Virus record (IMG/VR): IMGVR_UViG_3300042923_001201 | Span: 1-64,000 of that record | Strand: one strand, 5' to 3' | DNA from: a virus | Length of the DNA stretch: 64,000 nt | Part shown: piece after piece, positions 36,080-46,343 of the stretch | Layout of the letters: each line of letters begins with the position of its first letter | Position numbering within the stretch: position 1 is the first letter of the stretch | Position numbers and translations under genes: made by a program | The notes under the pieces: generated by a model | Told to the model about the DNA's origin: nothing | The model's database searches: none | The model's input: the letters and a program-made list of their open reading frames with translations, nothing else

Positions 36080-36408
36080 TCCTTCAATCCTTTCAAGTTA
36101 ACATCCCAGGTTTCTCCGTTGTTGTCAATATATTGAATTTGAACATATTTAAGTGTATGACAGTATCCATCCCAACCATTATATGGAATATCTAAATCAT
36201 GTTCATTGTAGTAATTAGGGAGCTGATATGATAACCCATAATTATTTTGTAAATCTACCAAAGCATCTGCGATAGTTTCTTCAAATTCTTCTTTTGAATA
36301 TGTGTTTTCAGTTGTAATATAATCTGCGTCATTTGAGTCAGCGACAATAGTTACAATAAATTTATCTCTTTGTTTACTTTCAGGTTTTGTTAAAGTATAT
36401 TTTTCCAT
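36076..36408 (-). CDS. hypothetical protein
   Basis: ORF with AGGAG RBS. Confidence 0.7.
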   Translation of the reverse strand: MEKYTLTKPESKQRDKFIVTIVADSNDADYITTENTYSKEEFEETIADALVDLQNNYGLSYQLPNYYNEHDLDIPYNGWDGYCHTLKYVQIQYIDNNGETWDVNLKGLKE

Positions 36409-36420
36409 TTTAATGTCTCC

Positions 36421-36657
36421 TTATATAGTTTTTTTGGGAGGTGGCAACAGACGTGAAATCGAAGGTTTGTATTTATTATAAGAGAATAGAGGACAAGTTT
36501 TAGTGTCAGTTAATTCCATTCTTCCTCTATTACAATAGATAGTCTTTTTATAATTTATTACTTTCTTATCTGAAGTTAAAGTGGGAGCAAGTTGATGCAT
36601 TGTACAATGAACACAATTAAGACATGTTTTTTCCTTTTTCTTAAACCATTTCATCAA
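36421..36657 (-). CDS. Cys-rich hypothetical protein
   Basis: TCLNCVHC...C...C pattern. Confidence 0.55.
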   Translation of the reverse strand: MMKWFKKKEKTCLNCVHCTMHQLAPTLTSDKKVINYKKTIYCNRGRMELTDTKTCPLFSYNKYKPSISRLLPPPKKTI

Positions 36658-36749
36658 AATCTCTCCTTAATTAAAATCGACATTTTATTGCTAAAATTGC
36701 TCCCTATATCTTACTTTCATAGCATGATTAGGGAGCAAAATGATGATTA

Positions 36750-37019
36750 TCAAGCTAAATTATTGTCCTCTAAGATATTGCACGTACCATTATATAGATC
36801 AAGTGGTACATCTGTTTTTGAATATCCACTTCCACTAATAGTTTCTGCTAGTTCTTTAATATTTTTATTAGAAGATTTTCTAAGAGAATCAATAACAATA
36901 TCTGTATATGATTTTGCAAAAATTTCATTAATTACCATTACTTCTGCTAAGGACAATTCAACGGAAATAAAAACCTCATGAGGATTAAGGGGCGTCTTAT
37001 CTTTTTTAATATACTTCAT
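36750..37019 (-). CDS. hypothetical protein
   Basis: ORF in the leftward operon. Confidence 0.6.
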   Translation of the reverse strand: MKYIKKDKTPLNPHEVFISVELSLAEVMVINEIFAKSYTDIVIDSLRKSSNKNIKELAETISGSGYSKTDVPLDLYNGTCNILEDNNLA

Positions 37020-37021
37020 AA

Positions 37022-37273
37022 TTATTCATCCTTTCCTAATACAAGTTTAATTTCATCGGAGGTATAAAATTTTTGTTTGTGAGCTATACTTGAAGCAAGT
37101 TTACTAATTGTGTCATATGTTAAACTTAGATTTGAAGTTTTGAGATTTACAGCAGCATACTGACCAAAAGCAATTTTAACAATAAGATAAGGATCACCTG
37201 AAGATTCACCTATAATAACACATCCAACACCCAATATATCTTTATTTTTCTTTTCTTTAATTTTAATTTGCAT
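37022..37273 (-). CDS. hypothetical protein, probable paralogue of 47083-47403
   Basis: G.VII....PY.IV pattern shared with that ORF. Confidence 0.6.
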   Translation of the reverse strand: MQIKIKEKKNKDILGVGCVIIGESSGDPYLIVKIAFGQYAAVNLKTSNLSLTYDTISKLASSIAHKQKFYTSDEIKLVLGKDE

Positions 37274-37285
37274 TGTTAATTCCTC

Positions 37286-38479
37286 CTATTCTGATGCTTT
37301 GAAATTATATAAAGGTTTGATAATATCAACAATATCTACTGATTCTCCAACATTATCAAGAATTTCCTCAATGGGTTTATAAGCAAATGGTGATTCATCA
37401 AGGGTACTTTGATTAACAGATGTTGTCCAAATATCTTTCATTGTATCTTTAAATTCATCAAGATTAACAAGTTCCTTTGCTTTTGATCTACTCATCAGAC
37501 GTCCTGCGCCGTGAGGTCCCGAAAAATTCCAATCAGCATTCCCTTTACCTCGTGCGATAATTGAACCATCTCTCATATTAATTGGGATGATTACAATTTC
37601 TCCACTTTGAGCAGAGATCGCGCCTTTTCGCAAAATCATGTTTTCCATATCAATGTAATTATGGATTGTTGTGAAGCCACCGATTTCTGTCCAACCCATA
37701 CCACTGATAATCTCTGCCATCATTGCTTTTCTACTAACTTCAGCATATTTTTGAGCAATTTTCATATCATGCATATAGTCTTCGAAACCTTTACCTTGAA
37801 GATATGCAAAATCCTTATTTACTTTTCCTGATTTAACACTTTTAAGCATTGTTTCAATTTCAGAATGTCTTCCTTCTTTTTGTAACTTTTTAATTAGTTC
37901 ATCTTTTTCGTGTTTTACACTTGTGAGTTCATCATAGGCTCGTTTTTGATAATATTCAGCAATCTGTTTTCCAAGATTACGTGAGCCTGAGTGAATTACA
38001 ACTGAAATGTAACCAGAGGATGTTTCATTTACCTCAATGAAGTGATTTCCTCCACCCAATGTACCGATACTGAGTTGTGCTCGATCAAAGTTAAATGGGG
38101 CTCGAACATCTTTCAGATTGGTAATTTGTTTGGCATAATGATGAATACTTCCTCTGATATTGAAACCACTCGGAACTTGTTTGCGAATTACTTGGTCAAG
38201 TTTATCGAAGTTAATTTCATCCTTTTTAACTTCAAAGAATGAAACCTCCATTCCACACCCAATGTCCACGCCAACAAGATTAGGAACAATCTTGTCAGTG
38301 ATAGTCATTGTAGTACCAATTGTGCATCCTGCACCAGCGTGAGTATCAGGCATGATGCGGATTTTAGAGTCCTTTACAAACTCCTGATTACAAAGTGAAA
38401 TAATTTGACCCAGAGCGGTTTGTTCTACGTTGTCTGTAAAAATTTTTGCACTGTTGTATTTTCCATTTACTTCAATCAT
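37286..38479 (-). CDS. rtcB: RtcB RNA 2',3'-cyclic phosphate ligase
   Basis: MPDTHAG.GC.IG, VGVDIGCG, GTLGGGNHFIE, HSGSR, HNY, HGAGR, DESP.AYK. Confidence 0.95.
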   Translation of the reverse strand: MIEVNGKYNSAKIFTDNVEQTALGQIISLCNQEFVKDSKIRIMPDTHAGAGCTIGTTMTITDKIVPNLVGVDIGCGMEVSFFEVKKDEINFDKLDQVIRKQVPSGFNIRGSIHHYAKQITNLKDVRAPFNFDRAQLSIGTLGGGNHFIEVNETSSGYISVVIHSGSRNLGKQIAEYYQKRAYDELTSVKHEKDELIKKLQKEGRHSEIETMLKSVKSGKVNKDFAYLQGKGFEDYMHDMKIAQKYAEVSRKAMMAEIISGMGWTEIGGFTTIHNYIDMENMILRKGAISAQSGEIVIIPINMRDGSIIARGKGNADWNFSGPHGAGRLMSRSKAKELVNLDEFKDTMKDIWTTSVNQSTLDESPFAYKPIEEILDNVGESVDIVDIIKPLYNFKASE

Positions 38480-39303
38480 TATTGTTCCTCCCCGGTTGGT
38501 CGACCAAAGATTTGGTAAAATTCTTCGAGTGTCATAATATCATCTTCTTGAAAATTTTCGCCTTCTAGCAGTGTTGTTTGTCTGTATGGCGGATAGTAAA
38601 TTTCCTGATAATCATATAAAACATTAGGGTCACTTTCTTTAATGATCTTAATTGTTTTTTCTACTGTTTCGTCCAGATAATTTAAATTAATATATTCATA
38701 TCTTGTATGTTCGTTGAAATATCCAATTGAAAGATTTACCGCGGCAAGATCCCAAATTGGAGCAAGAATAGATATATCAGAGAATGAACCGTAATTAAGT
38801 TCAAATCCAAAATCCAAGATGTGTTGCTGAAAATCCTCATTGCCGCAATCATAGAAAACTGCATCCTTATTTCCGCGTCGGTCGAACTCAATCATGAAGT
38901 TAACATTTGGAATATCAAGACCATATGCAGCAACCCTGGCTCCAACACCACCAACCTCTTCGTCGTGTAAGAAAATGACATGAGGTTTACAATGTTCAAG
39001 GACCTTAAGGATACCGTAAACCCCAGCTCGATCATCTCCTCCAATTCCTTGAGGCGACCACATAACCCGATGTTCAGCATCAAAGAATATTTCTGTAGGT
39101 ATTTCACGGTGAACAGTATCGAGATGTGCTACCAGGAGTACGGGAATGTCTCCTGGAGCGTAGATATAACGATTCTGTGGATGAGCCAAATCTCTTGAAA
39201 TTTCTTCCTGTGGTTCATATCCTTTTTTAATAAGATAATCATAAAGGTATTCGTGAAGCTGACCTTGTGTTAATTTAATAATATCATAAAGTACTTTTTC
39301 CAT
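38479..39303 (-). CDS. M20/M28-clan Zn peptidase-like protein
   Basis: AHLDTVH, GGDDRAG, EEVG, FDRRG, SDI, NLSIGY..EH. Confidence 0.85.
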   Translation of the reverse strand: MEKVLYDIIKLTQGQLHEYLYDYLIKKGYEPQEEISRDLAHPQNRYIYAPGDIPVLLVAHLDTVHREIPTEIFFDAEHRVMWSPQGIGGDDRAGVYGILKVLEHCKPHVIFLHDEEVGGVGARVAAYGLDIPNVNFMIEFDRRGNKDAVFYDCGNEDFQQHILDFGFELNYGSFSDISILAPIWDLAAVNLSIGYFNEHTRYEYINLNYLDETVEKTIKIIKESDPNVLYDYQEIYYPPYRQTTLLEGENFQEDDIMTLEEFYQIFGRPTGEEQ

Positions 39304-39326
39304 TTTTAAATTCCTCCTAATTGGTG

Positions 39327-40736
39327 TTAGCAACCGCAAGTTGATGTTTCATTCGATGTTCTAACAGGGTCACCGCAATGTAAGCAAGGTACTTCACCTA
39401 CGCAAATTTTAATAACATGGCTGTCACGATCTTTCAGTTTCTTGTGTCTTACATAGGAAAAGTTATTTGAGTATTTTAGGTCAACATATGCAAGTGTTCC
39501 ATTGCTTTTAAACGCATTATCAGGCATATAGCTTGAGATATAGTAACTATTCTCAATTTCCAAATAATTTGAAATTGTTTCTTCAATTAAATTTCTTACG
39601 ACAGTTTCTGTGTCCTTGCTTTTTGATGGATAATGTTTTCCAAATATCATAGAGCAGCTATCTTTATCTACAAAAACAAATTGTCTCCATGATTTTGAAT
39701 TGCCCTTCCATTTAAAACCTGATTCGTCATAGTCATACAACTTATTATTTTCTTTAAAGGCTACAAGTGTGGACTCGTCAATCATATAGTCAAGATTTCC
39801 TGTACTGTATTCCCCGCCGGCAATTGAATGGCAACTTCTCCAACCATGTCTGTTATATGACGCTGTAAGATAATCATAAGGCTCGATGGAAATTTTAATG
39901 GAACCTTTAATTGTTCTGTATTGAAGAACCTTTGAAAGTTCAATATCAAATTCAGGATCCTCGAGGTAAGCAGAAATGATTTTTGATACTTTCATTCCTC
40001 TTTCATATTTTGGAGCATATTTCATCAAAACTTCATCATATCCCCTTGCGGCATTCTTAATATATTCTTCACTGTTAAATCTATGGATTACAGTTGCATA
40101 TTTTTTATATTTTTTGGTGAGTTCATCAATCATAGCGCCCATATCAACAGAATCAATGTCCATATCAATTTCTTTGTTAATTGATAATTTTCTACCAAAT
40201 AGGAGGAAAAAGTCAACTTTAGCTTCAGCCCATTTTTCAAGGTAAAGTTTAATGATTTCTGTTTTAGGAAATACTTTATCATCATAGGTAGCAGCGACAG
40301 CCATAACAGATCGAAATTGTTTCATGTCAACCATTGAAATCATTTCTCTTTTGGCTGTTTCCCTTACTTCGTCGTTAGTTATTTTAATACTTATTTCACG
40401 AAGTGATTCATCATCAAAAACAAATTCCGGCTCTGTTTCAATTTTCTTCGCACCTTCCTTAAATTTTACCATATCAAGACTCCATGAGAATCCAAATTCT
40501 CTCCATATCATAGATTGACCTTCTTTAATACGATCCATTGCCTCTGAGTTGACTAATAATTCCTTTCCCGCAAATGCTCCCATGGCGCCTTCAGCCCAAC
40601 CGCATCTTACACTGTGAAAATAAGGACCAAATTCTTCAACTATTTCTTCTTCTCTTCTTATTACAACAACATCACCAACAGTAATACCACGAAGATGTTC
40701 AGGAATAAATTTATTAGAATTTACAGATTGAATCAT
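39327..40736 (-). CDS. large hypothetical phage protein
   Basis: Conserved-looking core SI.PYDYL.AS.N..GWRSCH...GEY...K.WRQ; C-terminal CxxC. Confidence 0.75.
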   Translation of the reverse strand: MIQSVNSNKFIPEHLRGITVGDVVVIRREEEIVEEFGPYFHSVRCGWAEGAMGAFAGKELLVNSEAMDRIKEGQSMIWREFGFSWSLDMVKFKEGAKKIETEPEFVFDDESLREISIKITNDEVRETAKREMISMVDMKQFRSVMAVAATYDDKVFPKTEIIKLYLEKWAEAKVDFFLLFGRKLSINKEIDMDIDSVDMGAMIDELTKKYKKYATVIHRFNSEEYIKNAARGYDEVLMKYAPKYERGMKVSKIISAYLEDPEFDIELSKVLQYRTIKGSIKISIEPYDYLTASYNRHGWRSCHSIAGGEYSTGNLDYMIDESTLVAFKENNKLYDYDESGFKWKGNSKSWRQFVFVDKDSCSMIFGKHYPSKSKDTETVVRNLIEETISNYLEIENSYYISSYMPDNAFKSNGTLAYVDLKYSNNFSYVRHKKLKDRDSHVIKICVGEVPCLHCGDPVRTSNETSTCGC

Positions 40737-40760
40737 TTTAAATTACCTCCATTTTATGTT

Positions 40761-40979
40761 TTAGTTAATTGATTCCCAACCGATTACTTTCCCGCCAACA
40801 ATCTTTAAATACATGCCATCATTATCATTTCCTTGACTTCCAACAAGCGTTTTAGTAGGTGGTTTGTTAGGTGGAAGTGAACTTGAAACTTGTGTCCTAA
40901 CTTCATATCCATCGGCACTACCAACAAACCTTTTAAACAATTCTGAAACCATTTTAATTTCCTCCTTTATTTCTAACAA
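40761..40979 (-). CDS. hypothetical protein
   Basis: ORF; start uncertain. Confidence 0.5.
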   Translation of the reverse strand: MLEIKEEIKMVSELFKRFVGSADGYEVRTQVSSSLPPNKPPTKTLVGSQGNDNDGMYLKIVGGKVIGWESIN

Positions 40980-41569
40980 GTTACAAATCCAGCATCTGTT
41001 AGTATTTTTGCCATTTTATGTTTGAATTTAATAACTTTTTTGTTCGCACCCTGTCTTGAAATGCCAAGTTCATCACCTAAATCACGAACAGAATAATCTG
41101 TTTTGTCCATGAATAGTCGCAGAATTTTTTTTTCTACGGGGTCTATATTTTTTTCTAAATTTTCTATAAAATCACGAAATGCAAGAGAGGAAATGTCTAC
41201 ATCCTCTTCGCCGATAACTGATTCAATACTCATCTCATCCTCATCGGACGCAGATTGGTTTAGGCTTATGAATCCTGCCTCATTATTACGCTTTTTTGCA
41301 TACATTTTAAAAGTTGATCTGTGAATGGCACCTTGAAGATAAAAGACAAGATATGTTGAAAAAGCATTAGTTCCATCATACCTTTCGTAGGCAATCCATG
41401 TTTGAAGCTTCAATTCCTGTAATACTTCCTCATGATCGGGTTTATTAAAGTCACTTTTATTACATGCTGTCCATGCAAATTTTTCTATCATTGGTGTAAA
41501 TTGTTTGAGTACCTCCTCATATGTCATTTCGACGGGTCCACGATCTGAAAGAATAATAGTTTTTGTCAT
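40973..41569 (-). CDS. RNA polymerase sigma-70 family factor (regions 2 and 4)
   Basis: QE....W.AYERYD...FSTY (region 2); ISLN; YSVRDLGDELGISRQ (region 4 HTH). Confidence 0.85.
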   Translation of the reverse strand: MTKTIILSDRGPVEMTYEEVLKQFTPMIEKFAWTACNKSDFNKPDHEEVLQELKLQTWIAYERYDGTNAFSTYLVFYLQGAIHRSTFKMYAKKRNNEAGFISLNQSASDEDEMSIESVIGEEDVDISSLAFRDFIENLEKNIDPVEKKILRLFMDKTDYSVRDLGDELGISRQGANKKVIKFKHKMAKILTDAGFVTC

Positions 41570-41666
41570 TATTTTCACTCCTTTGGTTTTTCTACGGTGT
41601 TTTTTAAAAAATCGTCACTACAATTTTATTATATCATAGTGACGATTGCCTTGTCAATAGGAATTT

Positions 41667-42953
41667 TTAATCATATGATACATCGGTTTTGTCCCAACGG
41701 ATACGAACAAAATTAGCATGGCGAATACCTACTGTTCCATTTTTATTATTAGATTCCTGAAATAATTCTACTTCAATAATCTTTCCAATCCATTTATCCC
41801 GGTCTTCCCAAAATTTAATGCGTTCAGTATTGGAATATCCGCCACCGATTCTTGCAGGATATCCTTTATAATCAACAATAAAGGCACCTAACTTACCAGG
41901 ATGTTTATGTTCAACATAACCTGTAATTTTAAGGTCGGCTGTATAAAACTTTTTAACTTTCATAAGTCCTACATGACGATCTGCAATATATTTAGAGTTC
42001 ATATCATTAAGCATGAGCCCTTCGTATCCTTGCTCTTCAACGATTTTTACATATTCAGCAACTTTTGAATGATCTTCACCTACGTAATAAATTGGGACCA
42101 TTTGAATCAGATTAAGGTTTTTTGATTCACAATACGTCATAAGTTCATACATTTTCGACAGACGATAATCATAAATAAGTTTAGATTCACCTTGCTCGAA
42201 CTCATCTAAAGGTAATAGATCAAAAAGTACGAATATAATATCTTTCTTTTCGCCTTTTGATTTGAGAATTGAACCTGTTTTGCGGAAGCGATCATCTGAC
42301 CTCATTGTTTCGTCAATATATAGAAGCTCGCCGTCATAAACATAATTTCTAGGAAGTTGATTTAATTGAGCCTCAAGTTCCAACAAACCTTCAAATTTCA
42401 TACCTGACTTTGAGAGGATTTCAAGGAAGTCTTCATGACTCTTGATTGTTGCTCGATACCCATCAATCTTGAGGTTAATGCAGTAACTGCCTTTTGTGAA
42501 CTTTTCCTTATCATCCTCATACTTTTTAGCAAGTTGGATGTTGTGTTCAGGTATAAAGCCTGCGCCAATTGCCTTGTTGAAAGATGATGATGTTGCACCA
42601 ATCTGCATATCCTGTGTAAATACTTCTTTCAGAAACTGATGAGTTTCATGAGGTTGTCCAAGAATCCATGACTGAACACTTTTAACAACTGTATCAGATC
42701 CACTGTTATGTTGCCTAACAAGATTAAACATATGAAATAAAGTGTTATTAGGATTGTAATAAGGTGTAGCACCTAGCTCCTTCTCTATTTTCTTTTTAGC
42801 AATACCTGTTGTAAAGAAGGGACTAAATACAAAATGAGCAACTTCTTTAAACAATTCGTCGTCTTTATATTTTTTAATAACTTCAATTTTTTCTTTACCT
42901 TTGGCAAGACGAATTTCCTCGAATTGATTTTTAAGTTTTACAACTTCACTCAT
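41667..42953 (-). CDS. ATP-dependent DNA ligase
   Basis: KIDGYR, YDGEL, FDLL, EGLML, MKVK, GGG, F.RIR.DK. Confidence 0.93.
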   Translation of the reverse strand: MSEVVKLKNQFEEIRLAKGKEKIEVIKKYKDDELFKEVAHFVFSPFFTTGIAKKKIEKELGATPYYNPNNTLFHMFNLVRQHNSGSDTVVKSVQSWILGQPHETHQFLKEVFTQDMQIGATSSSFNKAIGAGFIPEHNIQLAKKYEDDKEKFTKGSYCINLKIDGYRATIKSHEDFLEILSKSGMKFEGLLELEAQLNQLPRNYVYDGELLYIDETMRSDDRFRKTGSILKSKGEKKDIIFVLFDLLPLDEFEQGESKLIYDYRLSKMYELMTYCESKNLNLIQMVPIYYVGEDHSKVAEYVKIVEEQGYEGLMLNDMNSKYIADRHVGLMKVKKFYTADLKITGYVEHKHPGKLGAFIVDYKGYPARIGGGYSNTERIKFWEDRDKWIGKIIEVELFQESNNKNGTVGIRHANFVRIRWDKTDVSYD

Positions 42954-42967
42954 TAATCATACCTCCA

Positions 42968-43165
42968 TTATCTTAGGAATGAACTTATGAAAACATATTT
43001 TGCAGGGCGGCCGTATTTCTTTGAAAGTTCTTTTGATTTATGATTTACCGCCATTATGTATGGCTTAATCTGTGCGTGTGCCTCCTCGCGAGTAATCTCG
43101 TTTCGTTTATAGAGGAGTCGAGCTGCTTCAGCACGTTCCTTTAATACGCGGATATCCTGATTCAT
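42968..43165 (-). CDS. hypothetical protein
   Basis: GGAGGTG RBS. Confidence 0.7.
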   Translation of the reverse strand: MNQDIRVLKERAEAARLLYKRNEITREEAHAQIKPYIMAVNHKSKELSKKYGRPAKYVFISSFLR

Positions 43166-43230
43166 GTTCTACACCTCCATTTGTTTATAATTCATTTTAA
43201 CATATTTTTCATTCGATGTAAATAGAATTT

Positions 43231-43416
43231 TTACCACCAATTTTTACCGTGTACGATAGCCACGCCAACAGTAAGAAATATAAAACTAATTCCTAGACCT
43301 ATCGCAGCTTGAGGATTAAAATTACCTACTGTAATAACTAAAAAGACGATTGTTAAAGCGAAAAAAGCTAACATGAACATTACAGATATAACTTGAAAGA
43401 ATTTATTCCAATTCAT
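43231..43416 (-). CDS. two-TM membrane protein
   Basis: Two hydrophobic helices; own promoter and RBS. Confidence 0.7.
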   Translation of the reverse strand: MNWNKFFQVISVMFMLAFFALTIVFLVITVGNFNPQAAIGLGISFIFLTVGVAIVHGKNWW

Positions 43417-43500
43417 TATATCACCTCCATCAATAATTTTATTTTATCATAGAATTTTTCATTTGTATATAGAAAAATAAAAAAGAAACCCGAAGGTTTC

Positions 43501-44106
43501 TCATTTATCAAGTATATATACAGTAGCTCCATAAGTTCTACCCAATTGCTTAAGACTACTTGTTGAGTCCTTTTTATAAACATCAATAATCTTTCCCTTT
43601 ACTTTGCTACCCGTATCATCAGCTCGTCTTGTGATTTCTTTACCATCAGGAAATACAATGCGAACCCAAGTTCCAAGTGGGATAACTTTAGGATCTACTG
43701 AAATTGTTGTCCCATCAACAGTCTCCCTTCCGCTTTTTGTTGTACCTGTATCATTATACCAAGTTATTTCAAAACCCGTTAGTTTTTTTAATTCTTTTTG
43801 TTTTTTAAGCTGTGCGATCTCATTTTCGAGTTCACGTATACGGATTTTGGATTGATCTAATTTGTCTAATACCAAATAGTTATAAGAAATGAGTTTACTT
43901 TGATAGTTAACCAATTCCTTATTTTTTAGTGTTAGTCCATTATTAATCAATCTTTCTTCTTTTACGTTTTGCTCCAAAACTTGAACCTTTGACTCAAGTC
44001 CCGGAGCTTCAGCGGCTTGAGAATATAACGTACCTCCACCATATACCATAAGTGCTGATATAGTAAAAGCAATTACATTAGTTGCCACCTTAGCTCCCTT
44101 ATTCAT
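43501..44106 (-). CDS. 3D-domain (MltA-like) cell-wall hydrolase with N-terminal signal/TM and coiled coil
   Basis: T.SG, SVDPKVIPLGT, A.DTG..VKG.IIDVY. Confidence 0.88.
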   Translation of the reverse strand: MNKGAKVATNVIAFTISALMVYGGGTLYSQAAEAPGLESKVQVLEQNVKEERLINNGLTLKNKELVNYQSKLISYNYLVLDKLDQSKIRIRELENEIAQLKKQKELKKLTGFEITWYNDTGTTKSGRETVDGTTISVDPKVIPLGTWVRIVFPDGKEITRRADDTGSKVKGKIIDVYKKDSTSSLKQLGRTYGATVYILDK

Positions 44107-44110
44107 AAAC

Positions 44111-44680
44111 TCACTTCTTTCTAGGTTTTATTTTGTTGCAATTATTATAATCTAGATTAATATCACCTGTCAACCTATTTTCGAGGGCTCCCTTAAATAT
44201 TGAACATTTTTCATGATTTTTAGAACAGTTAATACAGTTTTTAAATTTAAATACTTCAAGTTCCCTTTCGCTATCAAAAATGCCCACATAATTAGATTCA
44301 TATATGATAAGTTCAATTTTTGGATCTTTGGAATCTATATAAATTCTTTTTGTCCTTTCTATAACTTTACTATCATCATGGTAAATCCCTGCAGATTTTA
44401 AAACATCTAATGGTAACTTATAATGATTGTTAGAGTCCATACCATGCCTAGGAAAATAAAAAGTACATTCAACTATTATATATTTCTCAGGAGTTGGTTT
44501 AACCCATGCTTGTTCTCTCGCAGCTTCTTCCGATATTTTTAGAAAGATATTTTCAAATATAAGAGAGGCTTCTGATTTATATGCTTGAACAAATCGTCTT
44601 TTATTTTTAGTCTGAACCCTATAATTTAAATAGTTATTAACTGATGGTGGAATAGGACCGACTATTTTAAGTTGTTTCAT
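44111..44680 (-). CDS. rusA: RusA-like Holliday junction resolvase
   Basis: PPSVN.Y, D.NN..K...D.L...G...DD. Confidence 0.85.
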   Translation of the reverse strand: MKQLKIVGPIPPSVNNYLNYRVQTKNKRRFVQAYKSEASLIFENIFLKISEEAAREQAWVKPTPEKYIIVECTFYFPRHGMDSNNHYKLPLDVLKSAGIYHDDSKVIERTKRIYIDSKDPKIELIIYESNYVGIFDSERELEVFKFKNCINCSKNHEKCSIFKGALENRLTGDINLDYNNCNKIKPRKK

Positions 44681-45191
44681 AGTTTTTTACCTCATATCTT
44701 TTATTAATTAAAGTCCCCTTATCTAAATGATTGTTTAATGTTCTTATAGTTGTCCCTATAAAATCTTTTGCTTCATCTCTACTATTAAAGATTTGTGAAG
44801 TACTATTTAAATTATCAACCACAAGAGTTAATTTTTTTGCTTTTTTACTTCTTTTTTCTTTTGACTCTTTTGAATGTTTTCTACCTTTCATAGTTTCAGA
44901 TTGATTTAATTGCCATTTGATGCCTTGTTCAAAACAAGCTTCATTCATTCCTAAGGACCAATAATATCTTTTCATTTCTGTTTCGTATTTATATGCCTCT
45001 TTCCTATTGTCCGTTAAAAAGATTATTTCAATATCATAGCCGTTTTTATCTACAATTTCCCACCATTTCTTATTTCTCTTACCTCCATTTGTTCTTTTAG
45101 CATGATAAGGCCTACCTAAATCCCCACTACCGACATAAAAAACGTGATCGGTTCCTTTTATTTTATGAACATATACACAGTACTTTACCAT
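44667..45191 (-). CDS. GIY-YIG homing endonuclease with NUMOD-type C-terminus
   Basis: YCVYVH...FYVGSG..R; KGRKHSKESKEK.S (NUMOD3); very AT-rich and overlaps both neighbours. Confidence 0.8.
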   Translation of the reverse strand: MVKYCVYVHKIKGTDHVFYVGSGDLGRPYHAKRTNGGKRNKKWWEIVDKNGYDIEIIFLTDNRKEAYKYETEMKRYYWSLGMNEACFEQGIKWQLNQSETMKGRKHSKESKEKRSKKAKKLTLVVDNLNSTSQIFNSRDEAKDFIGTTIRTLNNHLDKGTLINKRYEVKNYETT

Positions 45192-45724
45192 ACAACTGAT
45201 TCCTCCACAATTATTTTTTTGACCTTTTTAAGCGCGTCTTGATAGGTCTTGTTATTAATTACAATGTGCTCAACCTCATATTCAATTCCTTCAAAGTCGA
45301 CATTATCTGCTGAAAATCTACGATGGGCTTCAATTGCATTTCCATCTCTTTTTACATATCTATAAAATCTGTCTGCTTGCGGAGCCATAATATAAACGCC
45401 AATAACTCTATCTCCAAACTTCTCTTTAAAATTTCGATACCCTTGTGGTTCCAATACAATAACATATTTTTTACCTTCTTGGATAGAGTTATTAGGTGTT
45501 CCATATTTCCAATTATTAAATTCTTTGATTTCTATAAAGTCATTTTTATTAAACTCATCTTTTTTCTTGAAGTGATAGTGAACTCCATCAATTTCTCCAG
45601 GTCGGGGCGGACGTGATGTTGCTGTTACTACCTCTTCTATACCAAATATCTTTGAAATATCCTTGCAAATATCGCTCTTCCCAGAAGCAGCCTTACCTAA
45701 TATAACAAAAATTGTATCTTTCAT
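45185..45724 (-). CDS. guanylate kinase-like NMP kinase
   Basis: G.AASGKS, TSRPPRPGEIDGVHYHF, WKYG. Confidence 0.9.
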   Translation of the reverse strand: MKDTIFVILGKAASGKSDICKDISKIFGIEEVVTATSRPPRPGEIDGVHYHFKKKDEFNKNDFIEIKEFNNWKYGTPNNSIQEGKKYVIVLEPQGYRNFKEKFGDRVIGVYIMAPQADRFYRYVKRDGNAIEAHRRFSADNVDFEGIEYEVEHIVINNKTYQDALKKVKKIIVEESVVW

Positions 45725-45785
45725 GATTTTACCTCCATTGAAAATTACAAAGGTCACCCGATTAGAGTGACCTCAATATTAATTT

Positions 45786-46343
45786 TTATTTTTGTGAATT
45801 TTTAATCTGACGTTCAATTTCTGCAGTCAATTTAGGTTCAGGTGCAGACCAACCTTCAGGTTTCATAATTTTATTACCGTTCGCCGCATCATATCGAGGT
45901 TTTCCATCTTCCCAAAGTTTTGACATATTAGCATCTTGTACAATATCAAACAGTGGCTGCGGATCGGTTCCTGCAACAACAAACGAACCTTGGACAAAGT
46001 AGTTAACATCTGTAAGTGCATCCATTTGTTCTACAAGAACATTTACAACCTTGTTATCTTTTGCAATAATCTTTCTTTCTGTTTCAAATAAAGAGATTGA
46101 CAATTTTCTAACAAGTTGACGAAAAAGATCGAGATCATTGTTGGCAGTTGCATAAAGGAACTCAACAAGTTCTTCAGCAGTCCATTTTGTACGAGCAAGA
46201 GCAACGTCTGTAGGAATAGCTGTAGGTGAATCGGTAACAATATGACCAAATGCTTCGTGAAAATCCTTCACCTGATCTTTAGTATAATCGAGACCCTTAC
46301 GTTGAATTTTAGTTGTTGTTGTTGTTGTTGTTGTTTTAGCCAA
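45786..46343 (-). CDS. MazG-like all-alpha NTP pyrophosphohydrolase
   Basis: VKDFH.AFG, EELVE, DALTD..YF..G, V..ANMSK, KIMKP.GW..P. Confidence 0.85.
   Translation of the reverse strand: MAKTTTTTTTTKIQRKGLDYTKDQVKDFHEAFGHIVTDSPTAIPTDVALARTKWTAEELVEFLYATANNDLDLFRQLVRKLSISLFETERKIIAKDNKVVNVLVEQMDALTDVNYFVQGSFVVAGTDPQPLFDIVQDANMSKLWEDGKPRYDAANGNKIMKPEGWSAPEPKLTAEIERQIKNSQK

Noticed and set aside
46312-46335. (GTT)8 microsatellite giving a poly-Thr N-terminus
   Set aside because: A triplet repeat stays in frame, so it cannot act as an on/off phase-variation switch.
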